Below, one piece after another: positions 15,370 through 24,871 of a stretch of 53,248 bases of DNA; within the stretch, counting starts at the first letter, position 1, and each line of letters starts with the position of its first letter. The notes beneath the pieces were generated by a model. It had not been told where the DNA came from, did not search any database, and saw nothing but the letters and a program-made list of their open reading frames with translations. The position numbers and the translations under genes are program-made. The stretch is from Myxococcota bacterium (GTDB taxonomy: Bacteria > Myxococcota_A > Bradymonadia > UBA7976 > UBA1532), in assembly GCA_036337435.1 (NCBI GenBank), contig JAYZEG010000025.1:1-53248 (forward strand). Reading direction: 5' to 3'.

Positions 15370-16971
15370 TACGAGCACCAAAGCGAACACTGCTGCCATC
15401 GGCGTAGGTCGGGTGTCCTGAGCATGACAATTACAGGATTGCCCGGTTTCGTCAGAGGCTGCCATCGTCTCCATGGGCAACGGGGGATCGATGGAACCGC
15501 CTCCGTTTTGTCCGCCGGGCAGACCCCCTCCTGTGCCGCCTGCGCCGGCAGCTCCACCGGCACCATTAAACCCACCGTTCCCATTCACGCAGAATCCATT
15601 TTCGCATCGTTGACCTTCAGCGCAATCGGGTCCGATAACGCATACATCAATGCACACTTCGCCACGACATATTTGGTTTTCTTCGCATTGCGGCTCACAA
15701 GGTATCGGATGGCAATATCTGTCTTCCAGGCACGTGAAGCCAGTTGGACATTCTCCTTGCGCGCACGGGCGTAAGCAGAGGCCTTCTTCACCGCAGATTT
15801 CCTCGGCCACGCATTGTGCTGACTCATCGATCTCGCCATCGCAGTCATCATCAACGCCATTGCAGAGTTCTTCTGTAACTGGGGCTGCTGTACAGCTGAG
15901 GTACGAGCCTTCAAAGCAGACTCGACGGCCGTCATGGCAGTCGATGGAACATTCTTGGTCCATGTTTTCATCGATCTGTCCATCCTGGTCGTTATCGATC
16001 CCGTCGCAGACTTCCTCACGACTTGGGTCGACGGGGGTACAATCCTCATCGGGTGCGCCATTGACACATTCATTGTAACCCGGATTACCGCTTACGGTAA
16101 CGCAGGGTAGGGTGATGAACTCATCGGTTTCACCATCGCAATCATCATCGATTCCGTTACACTCTTCGCCCGGTATGGCACCGCCGGCGCAGTCAGTGAA
16201 CCGACCATCAATGCAGCGTTGAATGCCCTGACCGCATGGCGTATCGCACGCTTGGTCGGCGACATTCTCATCCACACGCCCATCGCAGTCGTTGTCTAGG
16301 GCATCACAGACCTCTTGCCGCGCCCGGTTAGCAACCTCTTCTAAGGCACGGATCAACTGATCTTGGTTATCGACGTACTGCGGACTATCGGTGCCACCAG
16401 CCTGAGCGATTCGGTTAAGAGTTCCGCGGTCTACGCCATTTCCAAAACCTATGACGAATACAGGGTACTCCTGAGCGAAGGCGTTTCGAGCGGCATCAAC
16501 GGGTCGACCACGGCATGTCTCTTCACCATCAGTGACCAGGACGATGAAATTTCGCCGACCCATATCTTGCCGCTCATTGAAGTGCTGGGTAGCCTGCTCG
16601 ATGGCTCGGCCAATGGGTGTATTGTGTCCACGCGGTGGTGACCCTGCTCCGCGAAGCTGGTTGGACACATTGCCCGCATTATCTGGCAGACACGGCGTTC
16701 GAACGGCCTGATTGTGATTGACCGAGCATTCTCCGTTCCAGGGAAAGAGCATGAGGCCAATTCGCATGCTTCGCTCGAAGATGTTGACGAGCTGATTGAT
16801 GGCATTAACAGCTTGGCTCCACTTGTTGTACTGGTTCATGCTGCCGGAGTAGTCCAACACGACCAAAATGTTTGGCTGTTCACATGCACCGCTGGAGCCG
16901 CCTGCGCGGGCACTGGTGACGCCGAGGAGTGAGGTCAAAATGATCGCAATGATGAAACGCATGGGAGTCAC
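15340..16971 (-). CDS. VWA-domain surface protein with Cys/Asp repeats and MYXO-CTERM-like tail (CglB-like architecture)
   Basis: Signal peptide, MIDAS motif DYSGS, NTP and VLVTDG. Four ExC(D/N)xxDxDCDGxxDE-type repeats and a Cys-rich stalk. C-terminus is SCNC…, then a hydrophobic stretch, then RLRTSRR. Confidence 0.88.
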   Translation of the reverse strand: MTPMRFIIAIILTSLLGVTSARAGGSSGACEQPNILVVLDYSGSMNQYNKWSQAVNAINQLVNIFERSMRIGLMLFPWNGECSVNHNQAVRTPCLPDNAGNVSNQLRGAGSPPRGHNTPIGRAIEQATQHFNERQDMGRRNFIVLVTDGEETCRGRPVDAARNAFAQEYPVFVIGFGNGVDRGTLNRIAQAGGTDSPQYVDNQDQLIRALEEVANRARQEVCDALDNDCDGRVDENVADQACDTPCGQGIQRCIDGRFTDCAGGAIPGEECNGIDDDCDGETDEFITLPCVTVSGNPGYNECVNGAPDEDCTPVDPSREEVCDGIDNDQDGQIDENMDQECSIDCHDGRRVCFEGSYLSCTAAPVTEELCNGVDDDCDGEIDESAQCVAEEICGEEGLCLRPCAQGECPTGFTCLEDRYCHPIPCEPQCEENQICRGEVCIDVCVIGPDCAEGQRCENGFCVNGNGGFNGAGGAAGAGGTGGGLPGGQNGGGSIDPPLPMETMAASDETGQSCNCHAQDTRPTPMAAVFALVLVLARLRTSRR

Positions 16972-17166
16972 TCCAATAAAAGCTGCTTAATTGTGCAGTA
17001 CAAATCTCAGTTTGCAATAAACATACACAAAATCCGACCACCGAGCTGCGGGGATCGACTGACACCATGGTAACGGAGGTGATGGTAGGATGTCGAAGAC
17101 CTATCAGTAATTGCCCTGTAAAGTCAGAAAGTTTGTTCACACTGTCGGCTCAGTGTTAGGGTATCA

Positions 17167-18534
17167 GTGTCGGTAATTCTTAATGATTATAGTAATTCGG
17201 AGGCTCTTTTGAGGTACAGGTTTGTTGGCTCCTTACTGCTTGTATTGATGTCAGTCGTTTTTGTTGCATGTGACTCCGATGGAGACGCCCAGTCCAGTGA
17301 GTCTTCCACCGATGAAGGGTTCAGAGCAATTCCCGACTTTGAGTCGGACCAAGACATGGGGACAGCCGACTCCAGTGGATTGGACATGGATGTCACAGAT
17401 GTGGGACCAAGTTCAGGGCTTTGCGATCGCATGGTCGGTTACGGTTTTCGTGCGCCACCCTCAGACGTCAACGAGTCACCCAGCCATTCACCCCGGGCGG
17501 TCTGGACCGGAACGGAATGGGGCGTTACCTGGATTTCTGCAGCTGGCGGTGATGGACCTGCCCCCGTTTGGTTTCAACGGTTCAATGGCATGGGGCTTGG
17601 TCTTGGGCAGCCTGTCCAAGTTGGCCAGACCGATTCAGCTCTCGCGAGTGTCATCTACACAGGGGAGTCATTTGCGGTCGCTTTTGTAAATGGACGCACG
17701 GACAGCGATCCATTCGCTGGAATTGTTGTCAGGGCCATTGGTCCGGATGGTCAACCCGCCGTGACCTTAGTCAAGCTCGAGAGCACTTTCGATGTACAAG
17801 CGATGAGTTTTGTGTGGGCACCTTTTGCGGGCGGTATGCTCGTCTATTCGCGTGGACGGGGCGGTAACGGGGGCGCATACTCCATCGCTTTCGACGGCCG
17901 TTTTACGCCATCCAGTCCTGTCCGTTTAACGGACTCTTTCGTGAGTTCTGTGGCTGTAACCTATGGGGACGGAGGCTGGGGAACGGCGTTCCTAGAACAG
18001 GTTGCGGGCGGCGAACGTGAACTCGTATTCACGACTCTCGATGAAAACGGCGGATTGTTGGATGAATTAGACCGAATCGGGGCGGGCGGGGTCGGTCCAG
18101 TGTCGGTTGCCTACGGCCAGGGGTCTTTCGCCATCGCGTGGACCCGCATCGCAGATACAGCAACTCCGAAACCAGTGCTCACATTGGTTGAAGCCGGTGG
18201 AGATGTCATCGGTACACTCCCGGTCGAGGGTCCGATGTCGCTGACTCTGACTCACGATATTGAGTGGTTCGGACAACAAGGTTTTGCCGTAGCCTGGTTA
18301 GCACAGACGGAGGCAGGGAAGACTCAGGCAGGCATAACAAGGGTGTCGGCCCTTGGGGTATCGAGTTTTCCCTTTATTTTGCCTTTGCCCGACGGAGCCT
18401 CCCATAGCAGTGTTCGCGTCGCAGGCCTTTATGGAAATCTTGGCGTCTTCTACACCCTTGATTCGGAGGCACCCGCCGTCGGCTTTTCGTCACAGAGCCG
18501 TTCGCTTTTCGGCAGAGCAACAGGTTGTAATTGA
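17167..18534 (+). CDS. Putative lipoprotein with repeated beta-strand units (propeller-like)
   Basis: Lipobox FVAC and an acidic linker. Recurring units WTGTEWGVTW, YTGESFAVAF, YGDGGWGTAF, YGQGSFAIAW and WFGQQGFAVAW. Start codon uncertain. Confidence 0.7.
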   Translation: MSVILNDYSNSEALLRYRFVGSLLLVLMSVVFVACDSDGDAQSSESSTDEGFRAIPDFESDQDMGTADSSGLDMDVTDVGPSSGLCDRMVGYGFRAPPSDVNESPSHSPRAVWTGTEWGVTWISAAGGDGPAPVWFQRFNGMGLGLGQPVQVGQTDSALASVIYTGESFAVAFVNGRTDSDPFAGIVVRAIGPDGQPAVTLVKLESTFDVQAMSFVWAPFAGGMLVYSRGRGGNGGAYSIAFDGRFTPSSPVRLTDSFVSSVAVTYGDGGWGTAFLEQVAGGERELVFTTLDENGGLLDELDRIGAGGVGPVSVAYGQGSFAIAWTRIADTATPKPVLTLVEAGGDVIGTLPVEGPMSLTLTHDIEWFGQQGFAVAWLAQTEAGKTQAGITRVSALGVSSFPFILPLPDGASHSSVRVAGLYGNLGVFYTLDSEAPAVGFSSQSRSLFGRATGCN

Positions 18535-20741
18535 GGCCAAGGTCAGTGAATGCGCACCGACAGCCCTGGGCGTCCGTCACTTACTGTGCCGTCTTCATCA
18601 TTCTTGCAGTCAGTGGATTTGTCCAAGCTGAGACGGTTTCGATGGCATCGGTTGAAGTGCGAGTTGGACAATATGAGAAAGCACTCAGTCTACTGAAGAC
18701 ACTTCCACCAAAGACGGCCCAGTCAAGCTCAGCACAATTGGTTACGGCAAAAGCTCAGCTTGGACTTGGCGATCTAAAAGCGGCGGCTGAGGCCCTCTCC
18801 AATGTTGACGACAAGAACCTGCGCACAGCGCGTGATTGGGTCCGCTACCGATTGGCAGTCGCTGCTGGAGACCTACACGCGGTTCGTACGCAAATTGACC
18901 GGATCCTCGGCGATGAACAGATTCCGAACTCGCACAAGGAGCAAGCACAGCTCTACTTTGCTAAACTGGCTGTGGAGCGCAAAGAAGGCCGTGGCAAAGC
19001 GAAGAAGCTTCTTCGCAAATTGGCCGTCAAAGCGAAGGACTACTCTCTTCGAGCAGCCGCATGGAGTGTGCTTTCAGAGGTCGGCGACAAACGAGCAAAA
19101 CGGGCCTTGTTGGTTCATTATCCTGCCCATGCAATCGAACCAGGGGCGACCCAGACCGAGCTGCCCATCCGCCTGTCGGAATCAGCGAAAAAGAAGCGAG
19201 CTCACAACTTATTTGATTTGAGAGCATATCAGCTCGCTCAGGTCGATTACCTCGTCCTTAGTAAATCATCCGACCCGGAACTCAGACAGCTTGCACAAAT
19301 GCGATTGGGTATTATTCGGATGCGGATGCGAGATGATTATCCGCAAAGTGCAAAGTGGTTCCGACGCGCGAAGAGCGGGCCCAATGAGAAGATAGCCCGC
19401 GAGAGTGCTTATCGTTACGCTATCGTTCTTGGCTACATGGGTCGCTACAAGGAAGCGAGCCGCCTCATGGAACGCTTAGCCCCCGATTTAGCCGGGCGTC
19501 GACGAAGAAATGCGCGCTATCAAGTCGGGCGACTGTTACATGAGGCTGGACTCTTCGAACGTGCCATAAAGAAGCATGAAGCGTTCGTTGCCAATGTGGG
19601 CGGTGACAGGGCTAAATGGCGCTGGTTTCTTGGTTGGTCTCGTTACCGTGGACGTGATTGCGGTCGGAGTCGGTCCGTTTTCGATAGCCTTGCAGGTCAC
19701 AGCAACACATTGATCGGAGCCAAAGCCATCTATTGGACAGCTCGCTGCCAACGGATGAAGGGCCATTTGGATGATGCAGATCGACGTCTGAGCAAACTCA
19801 AACGAACGGCGCCACTCAGTTACTACGGCTTACTCGGTTACGCATTGAGTGGCGAGATACCTAAACGGCAAGTCGCCCGACAGCAAATCCCCAGTCTAGG
19901 CTCATATGGTCCATGGGCAAAAATAGTTTCACCCACTGTAAAGCGGCGGATAAAGGGGATACAAGATTTGATCAAAGTGGGATCCATCGGGCTGGCCAGA
20001 CAGCGTTATGATGAATCACTACGCGACGCTTTGGAACGGGATTTGGGTGCCGCTGCTTTTGTCGAGGCTGATACAAATATCCGTCAGAATCTTGAGCAAT
20101 GGGGATACCTATGGCGCGAACAATCGCGCAGCGACAGACGGATTCCATGGCGCAATCAATTTTCAAAATTAAGTGCAGCTAAAATGACCAGAGCATACCC
20201 ACCGGCTTACGTCTACCTGGCTCGTGCCGCGGGTCGACAATACGGTGTATCAGAATGGTGGTTGATGGCCCATATGCTTCAAGAAAGTCGCTACAAGGAA
20301 CGGGCTCGAAGTCACGCACGCGCCCTCGGGCTCATGCAGATCTTGCCGAGGACAGGGCGAAGAATCGCTGAAAGAATCAGTTTTCCAAAGACGTTTTGGG
20401 ATGACCATTTGTTTGAACCTGGTATTGCCTTGGCTCAGGCGGCCTGGTACCTGAACGCATTAAGGCGGGAATATGACGGTAACGTGATTCTTGCAATGGC
20501 CGCCTACAATGGTGGTCCAAGGCGCGTATCCGAACACCTGAGTTTGGTGGGCTCGGTTCCCTTTGACATGATGATCGAGGAAATGGGGGCTCACGAAACC
20601 AGAAATTATGCTCGAAAAGTGACAGACCATCTTATCCGATATTTGGACCTCTATGCGTCGGACCAGGCGCGTGATCAGAGTCTTCGCGAGCTGCTTCCCC
20701 CCGTCCGGCTTCCAGTTCCTAAAAGTGAAATAAACTTCTGA
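18531..20741 (+). CDS. slt: Soluble lytic murein transglycosylase (Slt70-like; TPR/helical N-terminus, GH23 domain)
   Basis: Catalytic QES, GLMQI, AYNGG and ETRNY. Signal peptide and long helical-repeat N-terminus. Start overlaps the upstream stop (TTGA). Confidence 0.9.
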   Translation: MRPRSVNAHRQPWASVTYCAVFIILAVSGFVQAETVSMASVEVRVGQYEKALSLLKTLPPKTAQSSSAQLVTAKAQLGLGDLKAAAEALSNVDDKNLRTARDWVRYRLAVAAGDLHAVRTQIDRILGDEQIPNSHKEQAQLYFAKLAVERKEGRGKAKKLLRKLAVKAKDYSLRAAAWSVLSEVGDKRAKRALLVHYPAHAIEPGATQTELPIRLSESAKKKRAHNLFDLRAYQLAQVDYLVLSKSSDPELRQLAQMRLGIIRMRMRDDYPQSAKWFRRAKSGPNEKIARESAYRYAIVLGYMGRYKEASRLMERLAPDLAGRRRRNARYQVGRLLHEAGLFERAIKKHEAFVANVGGDRAKWRWFLGWSRYRGRDCGRSRSVFDSLAGHSNTLIGAKAIYWTARCQRMKGHLDDADRRLSKLKRTAPLSYYGLLGYALSGEIPKRQVARQQIPSLGSYGPWAKIVSPTVKRRIKGIQDLIKVGSIGLARQRYDESLRDALERDLGAAAFVEADTNIRQNLEQWGYLWREQSRSDRRIPWRNQFSKLSAAKMTRAYPPAYVYLARAAGRQYGVSEWWLMAHMLQESRYKERARSHARALGLMQILPRTGRRIAERISFPKTFWDDHLFEPGIALAQAAWYLNALRREYDGNVILAMAAYNGGPRRVSEHLSLVGSVPFDMMIEEMGAHETRNYARKVTDHLIRYLDLYASDQARDQSLRELLPPVRLPVPKSEINF

Positions 20742-23245
20742 TGCAGCGGAGCTTGGGCTGGCTTGTCACAATGCTCACCCTGGTTACGGTGGCCGTGCTG
20801 TACGTCTCCTTGAAAGTCATTATTTCGGATGTCGAGCGGTCCATTGAGGCGGCAGCTGCCAGCCGAGGTGTTGACCTACAGTGGGAGCGTTTAAGCTGGG
20901 CTCTCGATAGTGTCTCGGTTTTGAACGTTAAAGGAGAGCACTCACGATTTAGTGTTCATGTAGCCGAGCTGCGGATTAAGTTCTCCGCCTTCGATTGGTA
21001 TGATTCGCGGCCGCGTATCAGTATCATTGATGTCGTTGAACCGCAGATGACATTAAGCCGGAGTAAAACCGCCCGTCACCAAGGAACGCAGCCCGCCGGC
21101 CAATATCAAGACCAGGTTTTGGGACTGAAGGCATGGGCCGATCTCGGGATCGACCTGGTTCGGTTCCATGGCGGCACACTGACGTTTATGGATGACAATG
21201 TCAGCGTTTTCAAATCCGAGATTATCGATGGCCACATCGATTTATCAGAGCGTGACCCAAGCTTTCTCATTTCGGCTCGCTACAAAACGGCTTGGAGTCA
21301 ATACGCGACCGCACGCGCATCGGGCGTCTATCGAACCGGTGCTCCGTTTCAAAAGGTCGTCATTCAACCGATGGTGTCGGGTGAACGGCTGTTTCAACTC
21401 AATGTGGGGATGGACCGGTACGCTTTTGACCAGGTCGTCATCGCACTCAAAACCGCCAATTTAGCAGAGAGTAAACTCACGGTAAAAACCGTTTCATTGA
21501 AACGAGGACGGCTGTCGGCCGACCTCGATCAAGTCACCATCAGTGGCGGCCTTTCTAAACCGTTCGTCCAGATTGATGGGGCTGATATATCCACGTTCAG
21601 ACCCAAGGTCTCTGATCTGAGTAAACCAGCGGGTGGGTCCGTTCAGACAAGACGCTTACCAGCCGTTAAGCTGCCCCGTCTGCTGACTCGTTTCTTCGAT
21701 AAGAATGGGCGGTTGAGTTGGACTCAGGTGGCTCTCAAAATAGACCAGGGTATGCCGGTACTTTTGCATCATGGGACTTTGGGCCCCGATTGGGCTGATG
21801 TGGCTTTGTCCTTGGACAGTACGCCCTTGGAGCTTGCTCTAGACTGGGACCGCGCTTCCGGATTGGTCCATACCGTGCAATGGGCCACTCGTGGACTTCA
21901 ACTTGCATCTTTGGTGGATGCACTCGCATTCTATCGCCCTTTGTCTACGCCGAGCCGGTTGGGTCTCGCAGGTGTGGTCTCCGGACAGGGCGTATTTTCA
22001 CTTTTGAGCGACGGCTTGAGCCCGCAGCGTTTCTTGATTTTTGATGGGCAAATTCAGTTGAACAAGGGCGGTATCGATTGGGCCCCGATATCGCCGAAAC
22101 CACTGTCAAACATGAGGCTAGATGTGTCGGCGACGGGTATTTACGATACGGTCTTAGATGCAGCGAACAGCGACATTGGTCTGAGCAGCGGCCAAGTGTC
22201 GATGGATGTTGATGCCCAATATCGTGGCTATGGACGGAATCGTCGCTTGGAGTTGGTGGGGGCCTCGCCCGAAGTCGACTGCCAAACCGCCATCGACTCA
22301 TTGCCCACAGGATTGCTCGGTGGCTACAGTAAAGTCCGCATGTCCGGTCAGATGAAACCATGGTTTAGATTTAGGTGGCCCTTTGCGAGGCCGAATATGA
22401 TCAGACTTAAGTTTAAAAATGTGATTTCAGGGTGCCGCGTTGATGCACTCAACGCAGACGAGTCGGTCTGGCCACGGGTCACTTTTGCTGGGAAGGAAGC
22501 CGCGCTCGATGATGTCGATTGGCTAAAACGGCGATTCATCTTGACCCTTGATGAGGGGGTGTATGGAAGCGCATCAATCCAGGTCGGGCCGGGCACGAGG
22601 GCGTTCCATTCCATTGGCCGGATGCCGAAACACGTGGGCGGAGCAGCCTATCTCAGTGAGGAGATTTTGTTTCCTCGCAACAATCCCATTGATCGTGGGC
22701 TTATTTCGAGGGCGGTGAGACTGAATTTGTTAGGACGCCGTTTTGTCTACGGTGGATCGACAGTGACTCAACAACTCGTGAAAAACCTATTCTTGACGCG
22801 AGATAAGTCCATTGCAAGGAAGGTCCAAGAGGTTCTCATCGCCAAGCGTATTACGCAGAAAATTAGTCGACGCCGTGTTCTCGAATTGTATTTGAACTGT
22901 ATTGAGTTTGGCCGAAATTTGTATGGCATTAGTCGTGCGTCCTATTATTACTTTCAGCGTTCTCCCGCTCGTCTTCGTCCACGAGAATCGATTTTTTTAG
23001 CCATGATTAAGCCTGCACCACGTCATGCACCAAGAATGCGGCGGCGAGGCCGAACGCCACCCTTTGCCTATTGGCAGGCGCGTGCAGAAGTGATCCTGCA
23101 ACGTCTGATAGATCATGATTTTGTGTCGCCGGAAGAGGCAGAACGGGATCGTCCTCTCGACATCGAGTGGACGAACGGGAAATACGTAGAGCCGACGCGA
23201 ATCGCACCAGAGACAAAATTGCTTGGGGAGAGTCCACAGCCTTGA
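20741..23245 (+). CDS. Membrane-anchored AsmA-like beta-rich protein fused to a C-terminal GT51 peptidoglycan glycosyltransferase (no transpeptidase domain)
   Basis: N-terminal TM helix and an AsmA-like opening pattern. GT51 motifs GGSTVTQQLVKN, RKVQE and LELYLN. Start overlaps the slt stop (TGATG). Confidence 0.85.
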   Translation: MQRSLGWLVTMLTLVTVAVLYVSLKVIISDVERSIEAAAASRGVDLQWERLSWALDSVSVLNVKGEHSRFSVHVAELRIKFSAFDWYDSRPRISIIDVVEPQMTLSRSKTARHQGTQPAGQYQDQVLGLKAWADLGIDLVRFHGGTLTFMDDNVSVFKSEIIDGHIDLSERDPSFLISARYKTAWSQYATARASGVYRTGAPFQKVVIQPMVSGERLFQLNVGMDRYAFDQVVIALKTANLAESKLTVKTVSLKRGRLSADLDQVTISGGLSKPFVQIDGADISTFRPKVSDLSKPAGGSVQTRRLPAVKLPRLLTRFFDKNGRLSWTQVALKIDQGMPVLLHHGTLGPDWADVALSLDSTPLELALDWDRASGLVHTVQWATRGLQLASLVDALAFYRPLSTPSRLGLAGVVSGQGVFSLLSDGLSPQRFLIFDGQIQLNKGGIDWAPISPKPLSNMRLDVSATGIYDTVLDAANSDIGLSSGQVSMDVDAQYRGYGRNRRLELVGASPEVDCQTAIDSLPTGLLGGYSKVRMSGQMKPWFRFRWPFARPNMIRLKFKNVISGCRVDALNADESVWPRVTFAGKEAALDDVDWLKRRFILTLDEGVYGSASIQVGPGTRAFHSIGRMPKHVGGAAYLSEEILFPRNNPIDRGLISRAVRLNLLGRRFVYGGSTVTQQLVKNLFLTRDKSIARKVQEVLIAKRITQKISRRRVLELYLNCIEFGRNLYGISRASYYYFQRSPARLRPRESIFLAMIKPAPRHAPRMRRRGRTPPFAYWQARAEVILQRLIDHDFVSPEEAERDRPLDIEWTNGKYVEPTRIAPETKLLGESPQP

Positions 23246-23291
23246 GCGGCTCAATTTGTGCAGTCGAATTACAACGGAACTGAGGTTTTGG

Positions 23292-23320
23292 TTGAACCCG
23301 ACGGCTCCTTTCTCTAATGT
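23292..23320 (+). promoter_or_regulatory. Candidate sigma70 promoter positioned for a leaderless transcript
   Basis: TTGAAC-17bp-TAATGT, then 7 nt to ATG 23328, with no Shine-Dalgarno in between. Confidence 0.45.
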
Positions 23321-23327
23321 CCCGCCC

Positions 23328-24791
23328 ATGAGATACGCCAATACACTGATTTTAATAAGTCTGCTCGTCTTTCCATACGGATGTACAGAGGACACAGACT
23401 CCGCCTCAATAGACGCCGCTGGGACCATGGGTTCAGACCTCGCGGGTCCGGAGACCGACTCAGGTTTACAATTTATTGACGCGGGTCGCCTCGCCAACCC
23501 AATGGATGGGGGTGCCATAGGCTCAGATATGACCACTGGGCTCCAAAGTGCGTGTTTAGAAACGCCCGTTCCGCCGAGTCAGCCTGCTATAAATTTGCAA
23601 GCTCGATGTCGGCGCGGTGGGGAACCCATCCGAATTAGGGATCTTCGGGACCGACGTTGCCCAGATTGGGTAGATTTTCGAGATGGTGACGGCGACGGCT
23701 TTAGTGATATGCGTGAAGACGTCGAACTGTCCGAGGTTGTTGTGACCGCTGTTTATGGCGATGATTTTGCCGTTCAGGATCCGGATGGTGGTGCGTACAG
23801 CGGCCTTTGGGTCTTTTCGCGGGATCGACGGCTAGAGCAAGACGTTCGGCCTGGGACCAGGATTCGCCTCTGGGGCAGCATGTTCGAATACTACACACTC
23901 ACTGAGATTCAATTAACGCCGGAGAGCGGCGGTCTTGAAATCATTGGTCAGGCAGGGGAGCCGCTGCCGCTTTTAATTAGTGACCCAGCCCGGATTGCTG
24001 ATGGGGGCGACCTCACAGAAGCATTGGAATCTGTACTGGTCGAAATACAGAATGTCCCCGTGAGGAGCACGGCGCCAGATTGTCCGAGGGACTTTGATAT
24101 GTTTGTTGTCGAAGGGGGTCTGCGTGTTGAAGACGAGGTGGACCTAGACTATGAGCCAGCTCGTGGTGACTTTATCGAACGTGTTGTGGGCGTTCTCCAC
24201 TTCAGCTTTGAGACTCAGAAAATTCGCCCACGGTCAGATGCAGATATCAATGTCATTCACTGTAATGGGATACCGGACAAATGCGAAGCATCGGAATGCG
24301 TCGCTGAATTAGGTGACGTCGAGTCTGGCGAGTTGGTCATTTCCGAAATTCAGGATGATCCGCGGGGGCGCGATGTTGGGCGAGAATATGTAGAACTCTA
24401 TAATCCAACCACTGCGTCCATTTCACTGGATGGCTGGTGGTTACAGAACTGCGCCGACCATCGTATCGATTTACAAGGCCGAGTACAGGCTGGAGATTAT
24501 TTTGTCATCGCGGGGTCCCGTGACCGCAACGGAAATGGGGGCGTGAGCGCGCAAGCTGAACTGGGTGATTTACAGCTCAGTAACGGCAGTGGTTCGCTGC
24601 TACTCTTTAATGACAGTGGCATTTTGGTCGACCAAGTCCGATATGATGACGAAGCCCCGTGGCCTACCCGAGAAACCGGCCAAAGCCTTGAATTGACGGC
24701 TTTGGGCGGAGATAATAGTAACGGAGCGACATGGCGCGCGGCTCGCGGTGAGTACGGTGCCGGTGGTGAGGGCAGCCCAGGGCGACGATAA
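23328..24791 (+). CDS. Lipoprotein with ExeM/YhcR-like OB-fold region and C-terminal lamin-tail domain
   Basis: Lipobox-like PYGC. OB-fold-like motifs VVTAV…FAVQD…SGLWVF, EALESVLV and GVLHFSF…IRPRS. LTD motifs LVISEI…EYVELYN…SLDGW…L.N…VDQVRY. Confidence 0.75.
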   Translation: MRYANTLILISLLVFPYGCTEDTDSASIDAAGTMGSDLAGPETDSGLQFIDAGRLANPMDGGAIGSDMTTGLQSACLETPVPPSQPAINLQARCRRGGEPIRIRDLRDRRCPDWVDFRDGDGDGFSDMREDVELSEVVVTAVYGDDFAVQDPDGGAYSGLWVFSRDRRLEQDVRPGTRIRLWGSMFEYYTLTEIQLTPESGGLEIIGQAGEPLPLLISDPARIADGGDLTEALESVLVEIQNVPVRSTAPDCPRDFDMFVVEGGLRVEDEVDLDYEPARGDFIERVVGVLHFSFETQKIRPRSDADINVIHCNGIPDKCEASECVAELGDVESGELVISEIQDDPRGRDVGREYVELYNPTTASISLDGWWLQNCADHRIDLQGRVQAGDYFVIAGSRDRNGNGGVSAQAELGDLQLSNGSGSLLLFNDSGILVDQVRYDDEAPWPTRETGQSLELTALGGDNSNGATWRAARGEYGAGGEGSPGRR

Positions 24792-24871
24792 AATAAGGTA
24801 AAAGACGCGCCTCCAGGCGCCTACTCGGCTCACCAAATCTGTCGCATCAAAACGATCGGTGAAGCGAATCC

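Noticed and set aside
24792..24871. Possible SAM or other riboswitch upstream of the CysJ-like gene
   Set aside because: Only short hairpins (GCGCC-TCCA-GGCGC; TCACC…GGTGA) are present and I could not match any riboswitch consensus. An Rfam scan would settle it.
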